From Eledone cirrhosa (taxonomy: Eukaryota), in contig OZ024747.1 of NCBI GenBank assembly GCA_964016885.1, positions 91,884,001-91,948,000 of the forward strand: a stretch of DNA of 64,000 bases. Reading direction: 5' to 3'. The notes beneath the pieces are model-generated. The model worked only from the letters and a program-made list of their open reading frames with translations. It did not search any database and had not been told where the DNA came from. Shown here one piece after another: positions 52,524-64,000 of the stretch (position 1 is its first letter; each line of letters starts with the position of its first letter). Both the position numbers and the translations under genes were made by a program.

Positions 52524-53055
52524 GTAACTTTAGCACCTATCGTAAGTAACCTCTCCAATTCAATTCCTTCTATAAATAATACTGGGTCACTTGCTAATTA
52601 CTCTGGTAATTTCTCTAATCGTAATTGCAATTGCCCTATTAGAAATAAATGTCCTCTTAGTAACCAATGTCTTGATAAAAATTTAGTGTATGAATGTAAG
52701 GTTATAACTGGTACTAATTCTTTTAACTATTTTGGTTCCAATTCCACTTCCTTTAAAGCAAGATTTTTATAACCACAATTCTTCTTTTAATTACCAACTT
52801 AAAAGACCTAACACAGCACTCTCAGAACTCATATGTTCCTTAATGGACAAAAATATTAACTACAACATTTATTGGAGAAAGGTTTGCAACGCCTCTCCTT
52901 ACCTTAATTCTTCCCTATCCAGAACATGTAATCTCTGCCTAGCGGAGAAATTTACCATTATCTCTAATTTTAATTCTATAATAAATAGACGTACGGATTT
53001 ATTTTCGCTCTGCTTGCATAAATTCCATAGAACTTTTCATAAAGTATACAGCTAA
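52524..53055 (+). pseudogene. PLE GIY-YIG endonuclease fragment with CxCx5C linker (Naiad-like), one frameshift
   Basis: CNCPIRNKCPLSNQCL...VYECKV...YFGSNSTSFKARF/YNHNSSF...TALS...CNLCLAEK...INRRTDLFSLCLH; frameshift near 52768. Clade assignment is from remembered motif patterns. Confidence 0.82.
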
Positions 53056-53949
53056 TATCTTACTACCTAATTAGTTTAAAATCTTTTGTTCTCAAACGCT
53101 TTTATAGTTTTTACAAATATACCCATCTTTCTACCTTATTTCAGTATATTATACAATATTACTCATACTATGTCGTTAGCCGTCACCTAATTTTTTTCTT
53201 TTTTAATTTCTAATCTTTAATCTGCAACTTTTACTTCTCGATTACTTCTTAATTCATCTTATAACTCACTATACCATTTCCTTATATTCTCGGCCATACA
53301 AATTTTTATTTTTAATATATACTAATATATACTAATTAGAGAAATTTTGAAAACATTTTTTTGACGTTATATATTTTTTCTTCCTTGAATTTTTTCTTTC
53401 TTCTCTCCTTCCGTGCTCGTAATAAATCTATTATTTAGTTTTTCCTATTACAATATATAGAAACAAACTTGGACCCTAATTAATTCCTCTAAGTTCATAA
53501 TTCATTTAACCTTAACTTCATTCACCTTATCTTCTTAATATATTTTATTTTAATAATACATTTTAATAAATTCCTTTTCGCACATTTTATTAAACCCTTC
53601 AATATATAAACCTTAAATAAATAGTATTCTTAATTCATTTTTCTTTAATCATAAGCATCACCATTCATAAACCTCATTAACTTTTAATTTCTTAATTTTT
53701 TAAATTATGTATTATCTTACAACGGTTTTTTAAATTTTTCTCTGTGAGACAGTGTTTCTCAGTATTAAAGGTTATCTCTCTCTCTCACTAATTTTCTCCT
53801 CCTCTCTTATCCTTCCTTCTTATACTCCTCCTCCGTCATCCTTTCCTTATTATTATATTTTTTTCTTCTATCTATATTCTTCCTTCCTCTTCCTTACCTT
53901 TTCCTTCCCCTCTTCCTTTCCTTTTTTCCAATCTCATATATCCATCTTA

Positions 53950-55018
53950 GCCTACAAAGTTAGAAGGGCCCTAAATAAACATAAACTCAATATTAAGATA
54001 GTAGAAAGACCAGGTACCTCCGTAAAAACACTTATTAGCAAGACATACCCGTTCCAAAGACCCTCATGTATAGATAAGAAATGTATAACCTGTAAAATAA
54101 GCCCCCATATTAACTGTAAAACTAGAAATGTAGTGTATAGCATAAGATGTACTGAAGGACAATGTAGAAACAAAAATATAGTGTACATAGGTGAGACAGC
54201 TCGTAGTATAGGGGAACGAATAAATGAACACTGGCGAGACCTCCAAGATAATAAAGAATCATCTGTGCTCTACCAACATGCTAAGATAGAACACAGGGGT
54301 AGATTAGAGAACATAGAAATAAAAATAGAATCCACACACAGAAAAGATGCAATGTTTAGGCAAATTACAGAGGCAGTAAGCATAAAAGAATTACAACCAA
54401 AATTAAATAGAAAATATGAGTGGAACAGCAACATCACAACTTACAATTAAGGACAAAATGAAAACACACACAGGACAAAATGAAAACACACACACACATA
54501 GAACAAACAACTTACAATTAAGGACAGAATGAAAACACACACAGGACAAAATGAAAACACACACACACATAGAACAAACAACCAACCAACAATAAATAAA
54601 TAAATAAATAAACAAATAGATAAATTAACACAAACACACACAGACACCCGGATGTGGCGCATGCGCAAACTGAGCACACAACACACACACAGAAACAAAA
54701 TGGCGTAGGATAGAAGAAAGGAAAGGCACAGAAACAAAGAAAGGAATCCCCAGTCACTGAAGAGGTCACAGAGTGTGTGACGAAAGGACTATGACTATAT
54801 ATAAACAACTATCTGGTTGTGGAACCAACCAACCAACCAGAAATTTATAAGTTTGTAAATTTGTAAATTTATAAATTTATAAATATATAATAAATTGAAG
54901 TGAAACAACTGGTGCGTGTGTTTCTTATTGGCAACATGACCCTCCCAAAGTATAACAATATCGGTTTCAACACACGATTTCAGATAAAGAATCTTGCTAA
55001 ACAAATTCAGAAACGAAA
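53950..55018 (+). mobile_element. 5'-truncated Neptune-like PLE with 7-bp TSD
   Basis: CIDKKCITC...VVYSIRC...YIGETARSIGERINEH...LNRKYEW (to 54450); TSD catctta at 53943-53949 and 55019-55025. Confidence 0.9.
54752..54796 (+). ncRNA. Minimal type I hammerhead ribozyme
   Basis: Identical to 15380-15424. Confidence 0.8.
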
Positions 55019-55097
55019 CATCTTATTTTATTTTTCATATATTGATTTACCACTTCACTGACCGCAAATGTTTTTTAAGCTTCATATCATGTCTCCC

Positions 55098-55168
55098 TAT
55101 TTTATCTGATTAGAACGCAAATATCATCCCATGATGATATTTGTTTTTGAAATGCGCATAATAAAATA
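55098..55168 (+). ncRNA. Hammerhead ribozyme copy with a core mutation (CTGATTA)
   Basis: Same as 51772-51842 but G8 is replaced by T. Confidence 0.7.
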
Positions 55169-55205
55169 CATGGAACTCTTTTAACCATCTTTTGATTTTA
55201 CATTA

Positions 55206-55399
<194 letters not shown>

Positions 55400-55556
55400 G
55401 ATCTCTATAATATTGACGTTAACAATTTTTAACATCATTGTTTTTACATGTTACAAAGGTGTATATATATACCAGGTGCGCAGTTCAAACTTTCTGTAAC
55501 CATTTTCCTTATATAACGTGATCTGTATAAAAGGTTTTCTAACGTCCACACTTGTT

Positions 55557-55616
<60 letters not shown>

Positions 55617-56376
55617 ATTGCTCTTAATTCCAGACCACAGCTCTGAATTTCATTGTGTTTTTGTTTATATGATATGCACCATGTACGTTTAAATTCAGTG
55701 TTCAGATCTTATTTATATTGGTTTATATCATGCGACCTTAAATGTGATTTCAGACCTGCAGCTCATTCTTCCGAAAAAAACCGAATGAATTGTTATCAGC
55801 AGCGGAGAATATGCTGTTTTAGCGCAGCCGTTTTAAGTCCAGCATATCTAACGCTTTTCTCATCAAAGTATTTCACACTCTACATCACTTTGCACCTCCA
55901 GCCTCTCTTGTCGTGAGGTTTATTTTCGCTTTCTTCAGTGTCAGTTTTTTGGGGATTTTTTATATCGTTTTTGAGGTTTGTGGTGCGTCCTAACTTTAGT
56001 TCACTGTATAAAAACAGTGGTCAATAGTTGGCAATTCCTTTATATGACATGCACTTTCTACGTTGGAGCGTGGATTATTACACGTAGTAATTAATATAAG
56101 ATGAATTTTCAATAATGGTATTTACATCGCATAGCTATTTCCTGATGTTAAGTAATATAAGAATACTAGAGTGTTACACATTATACGACTGGAAATTTTG
56201 GAAGTAAACGTTTACCACTGTGGATAACAATTGGTACAAATGATATATTTTAATAAATGTATTAATAAGAACCTTAAACATATGAATTCACTACGTCTAT
56301 GACATTCTAATCAAGAAAATATTAAGTTAAATATCATTAAACTATACATCTCCTTATTTATGAGGGTACTATGCTA

Positions 56377-56470
<94 letters not shown>

Positions 56471-57976
56471 AGAAAGAGGGTGGAAGGAAGAGAGAGAGAC
56501 AGAACTGAATTCATACAATGTCTTCTGAAAATGTCTTTCAAACAATGTTTTGTTTTGTTTATTTTTTCTGAATGAATCCTTTCGGTTTAATTCCATTGAA
56601 AAGATATGAGTGGGTTTTAGAATGGTATTCCTCACCAGAAATAGGTTCTACACAATCGTAAATCTTGTAAGCAATATTAGCTTCACCTTTTGTTACAAGA
56701 CATCAAGCAAGATTTTATGTGTTGCGTTTTAAAACTTATTCATACTTCAGTTCGTTTTCTATCACAGCGATCTTTTTGTTTACTTTACAATGTTTCGTCA
56801 AATGATAATATCAAATTCTGAAAATATCGAAACATGTGTTTGAAATAAAATATATTTTGAATCTATATTTATATCATTTACCTGCTGAAAATAAAACAAA
56901 TGAAACAGCTATTTTTTTTACATGAAATGCAAATGTCTATGGTGAAATAATAATAAGATCCTCGTGCTTGTGAAAATCGATGGAAATAGATATATTATAT
57001 GACAACTTTTGCTGTTTTAATACATTGATTTTCCTCGGAATGTAAAATTATTCTTAATAGAATTAGACGAATTTGTTTAGATTTAGATTTCTATGAAGTA
57101 GTGTAAGGGAAGAGATGCTGCTATGTAAGGATCAAAGAGCTTGACACATTGTGGTACTTCGCGCAACGAAACTGCTAAATGTTTCCTATTCTTGAATAGA
57201 AAATATTTGCAACTGTTGTTAATTCTATTAAGAAAGACACGAAGTCCTAACATAATATAATCCTGTTTATATAAAAAGAAATTAACCCAGAAAGTTAAAC
57301 ATTGTGAATAGCAAGGAGATTAAAATTACGATATAACTGTTTATTCTTGATATTTAGAACATTTCATATCTAATAATAGAAATATAATACAATAAAGAGT
57401 AAAAAGATACAGTATCAAACATTAAGTGTTTTGTTTTTAAATATACATATTGGTAATTGTATTGTTACGTCTTGAAGTTATCATTTATTCGATGCAAACA
57501 TTGGCAGATACCTTAGTATCAGTTATGGCAAGCACTTCCCTGTATTTCTCTGTCCCTCCCTTTTTTTCATTCCTCCTAAATTATCTGATATACAACATTT
57601 CCAATATACTGTAAAGCGACATCGAACTCACTAACACGTGGCTGCAAAGCAAACTTCTTCCATATATAAATTGTAACAATGATAGGACGAATAATGCTAA
57701 TCATATATACTGACACGATGGAAAGCGCACGGATTATTTGGAGCCAATCGCCAAGTAATAAATATTTATATTGCATTTTAAGTGTTTTATAATATTTATA
57801 AGTTATATATAAACACAGAAAAATTATATAAAAATCTTGCTAAAACTCACAAAATTGAATATATTTCTCATTTAAAATTTGACAATAAATAAAATTTTAC
57901 ATAGGCTTAAAAAAGGAAAATGTTGACGCCACCCTCTTTCTTTCTTTTTTCCTTTCTTTCTTGATTTTTGTATTTT

Positions 57977-58041
<65 letters not shown>

Positions 58042-61000
58042 AATACACAACATAACCTTTCCAAATTGTGAACGAAATTTTAAAAATTAATTCGTATTTC
58101 AGTTTTCTCTCTCACTTTCTTTACCTTACTTACTCTCACTTCCCCACTCTCTACTTACACAACCACGTACATACATACACACACTTACACATTCTCTTAC
58201 ATTCCCCTTTCTATAAATATGTGAAATGCTGTGCTGCTGCTGCTGCTACACAAACCAACACTCACATTATCTTACTCTTTCAAATCCACAAACCTTCCTC
58301 TCTCCACAGCCAACCCAGCTAATTTACACCACAGGTAATTTATTGTTATCACTTCAATATAATAGATTTAAGTTCGAGAAATTGTACGTGATGGGATCAT
58401 ATTTGATGTTCTCTATTCGAAACCTATAAATAATGTCTTTACAAAAATCAAATCAAAACCAGTTTGAGAAGGATTATAATAGGGCACATCTTACTAAATG
58501 ACAGCAAAAACAAAAAATTAAAAGGAAATTCGAACTGTAAAAATAAACTAAAGAACTACCAGTATGAAAACTGTCCTGTAAATCTGTAACAAATAATGCT
58601 TAGAAGGTTCTGAAAATGACAAACTAAAGTATTGTGGAAGAATTATTTACCGCCTTTAACGGCCTTTATCATGAAATTATATATAGAGATCAAAAGCCCC
58701 TGTGGCCAAATGATTAGATAGAGATATTGACAATAGCTGCCGGTATGAACAAATCTGTTGTCGTCTCAATCAGTATTTTTGAATACATCTAATCATTCCA
58801 TATGAGACGAATAGAACAAAATCCGGTTCTATATGAAATAACTTCATTTCTTAGCTGACAATAAATTTACAATAAAGCCAATGCTCTTTGTAACATCATG
58901 AGAGGGGTTATGAACCAAGAAGAATCTTGCTTACTTAATATATTGGTGCATGCATTTTGGAATGACAGGAATATAGAACATTTTTGAAGCGCTTTTTAAA
59001 ATAAAAAACAAAGTATCTATATTTCTTTATATATTGCTTCAGATGAGATTATTGACGTCATTCATTTTATACACAATTAACAGGAAGTCACTAAAACTTT
59101 AAATGCAAAATTTGTGAGGAGAAACTTAAACCTTAGTTTCTCCGTTACTGCACCACATGTAGCATCATCTACGTCGGCCATATCTGCCCTTGATCAGCAA
59201 ATATGTTTTTGTTTATTACACAATGTTGTAGCAAGCTGGTTCTTTTTATAATGAAAAATGGTGGCGGTTAACCCATGGAATAACCTTCTCTACCTCGTGT
59301 TTGGGACCGGTTGCCATCTTCATTTGACTGACTATAACTAGGTGGGCAGCATCAAAGTTTATGAGTGAGAGCTGGGATGGGATTGATTCCAATAATTGAT
59401 TTGTACAATCATTTTATTGATCCCCGAATGATAAATATTAAATCTTGGAAGAGTGAGAATTCAGACTGAGAAATATTTGGAATGCAAGTTATTCACATGA
59501 TGCACTAATGATTCAGTGAATTGAAAGCATTTTTAATTATACAGAACATTATTATTATTACCCTAGTTTTGAGTTTGTTTTATTATCATCCATGCACGCT
59601 ATTGTATAGCAATTAAATTCCTTCGTACCCGACGTATAAAACAGTTGTTTGAGACAGAACAAATATTAATGCATTAAATTTCAATTGTCAAAATTCCAAG
59701 CAGTCATAATTTCAATTGTAGCATTGTATGTTGACAATGGACCTCTGTCTATGTAACATCTAAAGCTGATGCATTTGTAAAGCATTTGTGAGACTGCCAT
59801 ATAGAAGTTCTATATGACGCCACGATAATATATGAAGAAAACAAAAACGCCAACCATACACAATGAAAGTACACCAAAAGTGTAAGATGTCGGATCTGAT
59901 CTATAACCAGAAGTGAATTCCTTAAAATTGCCTAGTTAATTAATTTAAGAGAGAGCCTAATTGATAACGATTAATAAATGTAGCATGATACACTCAAGAG
60001 GAAATTATTTTTGAATATGTGAATATTTCTATATTCAATGCAGATGAGGAATGAATTATTTATTCTTTAAGTAATTCTATTTTTCAACGCCAATCTGTCT
60101 GCAGTCTTGTACCATATTTAGGATTTATATCAATTATTTCTAATTAACTTTTTAATGCAAAGTGCATTAAATTAATAAGCACTAACCTAACCATTCAATA
60201 TAGCAGTTTATCATATCCATTATTGATGCCCTAGAGTTAAGGGAAGTATGATAGTGAATTGCATTCGGCAGTTTCGCTCTTAGTTTTCCATTTAGTCTAG
60301 CTACTAAGAAAATTGTTAAAACATAATACAGTTAAATTAAAGTCACATTTTAGTTGAGAGTAGACAGAATTGTAAAATCTAAGACGTTGTTTACACTAAT
60401 TCTTAAATGTATTATTTCTTATATCTATTTTGTGAATTGTAGATTATTTCGGGTACACAAGTAATGTCATTTTATTTTATAATTTTGAGAATAGAGGGAA
60501 CGCTTCTAATCGTTTATCAATAATGCTCAGATGTAGACGTGATGTATATCACATTTTGTGAGGCCAAACATACAAAAGATAAGGTTTAATAATTCGCTTT
60601 TAGGAAACGTTGCAAGATAAATTCTTTTGTGTCTTTTAATTTGATACACTATTTTCTTCTTAGTTGAACTATAATATCCTACTTCCGAAACTAAATATAC
60701 TTGAATTGCGAGGTGAAAGTTTTTTGCATTCTAACGTTGGGAAAATCTTTTTAAAATATTTGCTAGTCCGCCCATTTAAATGTATTCTTTTCACAAACGG
60801 ATTGTTGGAAAGAAATAACGAATATAAAAAGCATGTGAAAATGTGCAGATAATCAGAAATTGCAACATAGAAGTTGTTTGTTAGACTAAAACATTCTAGC
60901 TTCCGTATATTTTAAAATACCTTCTATGCGTGTATGATAGCAAGTTTACATGTGTGACTAGATTTGTATTAACGTCGACAAATATTCAAGCTTGTCTCTT

Positions 61001-62377
61001 ATAATATTTTCACATATAAATATCTCTTTAGAACAATACACACTTTACTGTATTATTAAGGTACTGCATGAAGGCGTCGGAATTTATAATCATTAGAAAA
61101 TGGAAGATAAGAAGAAGAAGAAGAATCTGTTCAAAACCTATTAAACACTATAGAATCATACGACACCGATCTCGTTTCTAAGACGCCATTACAATTGGCA
61201 GGGTTCATAGCTTTAAAAATAACAATGTCAAGACAATAACTCAAATTTGCAGCCGCCTTGAGACCTGCAGTGTTAAATGTTAAATTTCCCCATAGGAGTC
61301 AGAAAGCTGCAAAAAGATCTGGGGTAGGGGTTAGCGAGAGAGTCGGATATTTTGTAGTCATTATTTAGCTATTTACGCCGCTATATAAACCATTGATTTT
61401 ACTCATTTGCTCTATTATTAAAAAGTGTACATTTTTTGTTGAAGGACAATACTAAATATTTAAAAAGTAGGATTATGTAATTGATGTACGTGATTTTTCT
61501 CGAGATTATTACTAACCCAGGCAGGTCAAAAGTATTGGTACCAATTTCGAATCCTAATTGAGTCACCAAACTTGGCACAGTGGAATCACTTGTTTGTGGG
61601 ATCCTCTTAAACTACTAAGTTACATATTACTCCTAAAATAGCACTTGGAAATAGATTAAGTTTGAAATTGCCTAATTTCCTTTCTATACTAATGGCAGTC
61701 GTTCTACTTTATGTGAGTTGCCTTTGTTAGAAAACCTGTAAGATGAGTTTTTTTCCTGTATTATTGGTAAAATTTTGCTGCAATATTTTCTCATCTGAAA
61801 CGTTTTTTTAATTTTTACTATTTACAATGATTTCAAATTCTGTCTAAGTTATATTCCTAACGTAAGAGAATACTTTGTCAATCAAATATACTGATCGGTT
61901 CAGCAGTCTACATGTTCTCTTCATGACGGTCAATAATTTATCTCCCTTCCCCTCTGCATCTGTGACATCTGGACTGTATGGTAAAAGTACATATTCCACA
62001 GTAATTAACTGCCCACACGTCTCAACCTGAAACCAAGTACAAAGGAGACAGTAAACTAATAATTCACTGAGTTTTCTTATCAGAGTAGAGAACGGAAGAG
62101 AGGGTAGAAGAGTATACTTGCCATATATGAAATCAAGTAGTACTAGAAAGTGGAAAACGAGCGGGAAATATATTTAAGAATCTCTCAATTGTGTGAGTAT
62201 AGTTATTTATAAAACTATAGAGAAAAGGGTAGTGGAAGAGTAAGGAGAGAATGTAAGTGTAGTGCTATATAAGGTTATTAGTGAAAGAGAATGGAGACAG
62301 GTGAAAGAAATGAAGCCCATGTAGAGAAATTGCTTGATATTAATTTATCAAAACATATTGAGAAAGGGATAATTAAT

Positions 62378-62961
62378 TGTTTCTACTTTTTGGCACAAGG
62401 CCAGCAATTATCCAGTATAAATACTGGTACTTTATTTTATCGACTCCATAAGGATGAAAGGCAAAGTTAACCTTGGCAGGATTTGAACTCAGATCGTAAA
62501 GGGACGTAACTACGCTGGAAAGCATGTCCGACCCTCTACCGATACTGCCAATTCACCGCCCTGAGAAAGGGATAATTAATATGTAACAAATTGCACTGTA
62601 ATATGAATGTATTAATGAGTTCAAATCCCGCCGAGGTTGACTTTGCCTTTCATCCTTACGGGGTCGATAAAATAAAGTACCAGTAATGAACTGGTTATTT
62701 GCTGGCCTTGTGCCTAAAGTAGAAACAATTAATGAGATATGTATTAATGAGAGATATGTATTAAAGAGAGAAGACGGGGGATTGGCAGTATCGGTAGAGG
62801 GTCGGACGCCATGCTTTGACGCATAGAGTAACTGCCCTTGCCATTCTGAGTTCAAATCCCGCCAAGGTTAAGTTTGCCTTTCATCCTTACGGGGTCGATA
62901 AAATAAAGTACCAGTAATACACTGGGTAGTTGCTGGCCTTGTGCCAAAAGTAGAAACAATT
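62378..62961. mobile_element. Cluster of three family-1 SINEs: 62378-62561 (-), 62617-62730 (+, truncated), 62776-62961 (+)
   Basis: A/B boxes; 19-bp TSD tgagaaagggataattaat at 62359-62377 and 62562-62580; attaatgag flanks the second copy. Confidence 0.92.
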
Positions 62962-64000
62962 AATGAGATAAGGTGAGAGTGATAGAGAAGTCAAGAGATA
63001 GAGTTGAATATTACCTGTAAGCCACACATGCTGTGTTATATGAGGTTATCGGTGAGAAAGGATTTTGAGTACGGTGTGGTACATACGGTCAGATCAAACA
63101 TTTCTAAGACTTCATATTTAGTTTGAAGAATAATGAGCATATATCAATATTATATGCTTTCTTCTTCAAAGTAATCTCCATCAGTTGAGAGTCACTAGCT
63201 AAAAGGCTGATGATACTTTCACAAATGAAGTTGTGTAAATGCTATGTGATTATATATGCTTTCATGCATCGTCAGAATATAGTCAAAGGCTTCTTCCTTT
63301 CTGTTTCATAATAGTGTTGGCGCAATGTATGTGTGATATTGAAGGTGGAATATCAGGTGTGTATTTGAAAACATGTACAAGAGCTAGTACTTATAAATTT
63401 TGATGTGAAAGTACAGTTTTGCCCTAATATACCCACACGCAAATCAAAAATAGATACCTTGGAACCCCAGATAGCCTAGTGTTCGATACTGCGAAAATGA
63501 AATACATCTATTTCCTCAGGGGTTTGTTTTTTCACTTGATAGGGCACAAGAACGGTAACTAAGCAGTATATCTCTGCTGCGCTGAACAGACAATGTGACA
63601 ACAGTATTTCCGTGGAAAACGAGCAGTGACAACTGCTGCGCCAACCAATTTAACAGTGTAAATCGGTAGTCCGTGGACTGAGGAGACGGGACGTTTCGAC
63701 CGAAGTTGCCCCAAAAGGAAGCGATCAGTCACTTCCCGATATCTGAATATCATCTGCTAAGGGCATTCGTATAAGGACTTCAAGTCAACAAGAAGCTGTT
63801 TGGTGATACGTTTTATCGAACACCTAATGGAGAAACTATAGAACATCTGGTTTCATTTGCATTAAGCTACTGTGAGTAGAAAATTCTCTCTAGACACGAC
63901 ACAATTCCGCGAATCTCCCGCTGCTGGTACTCACAACTTGACACACGAATTGCCTAGAAGAACGTAAAATATAAGGATTTGCTGAAAGAAAAGCTCACTA

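Noticed and set aside
52524-53055. Selenocysteine-type Naiad element
   Set aside because: All conserved Cys positions use Cys codons; no in-frame TGA.
53752-53949. N-terminal 65 aa of the 232-aa ORF (also the ORFs at 18154 and 51890)
   Set aside because: Pyrimidine-rich terminal-repeat sequence fortuitously in frame with the nested PLE.
63560-64000. More GC-rich unique end of the window as a promoter or exon, and an HHR-like CTGATCG...GAAACGTCCCGTC on the minus strand
   Set aside because: No supportable ORF or splice signals; the core is non-canonical and stem II does not close. Downstream sequence is needed.

Overview
AT-rich eukaryotic intergenic or intronic DNA made almost entirely of repeats. 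No host protein-coding gene can be supported. The tRNA-derived SINEs, Dong/R4 and RTE LINEs, Penelope-like elements and long (TA)n arrays suggest a mollusc, probably an octopus; this is inference. Contents: (1) an L1/Tx1-clade LINE with an intact 1139-aa ORF2 (1-4472) and a decayed relative (27791-28690); (2) several R4/Dong-type RLE retrotransposon fragments sitting in (TAA)n; (3) four Penelope-like (PLE) GIY-YIG fragments from about three lineages; (4) more than 15 tRNA-SINE copies, several with target-site duplications (TSDs); (5) RTE-derived non-coding elements, a mariner-like relic and large microsatellite arrays. The most striking signal is about a dozen type I hammerhead ribozyme (HHR) motifs from several distinct sequence families, plus several HHR half-motifs. 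They occur in PLE terminal repeats, in two non-coding terminally redundant units (679 and 833 nt, retrozyme-like) and in many short fold-back insertions whose hinge appears to be ribozyme stem II. A possible 53-nt intron would fuse ORF1 in frame to ORF2 of the Tx1 LINE. All coordinates and pairings were read by eye, with no folding software or database search.
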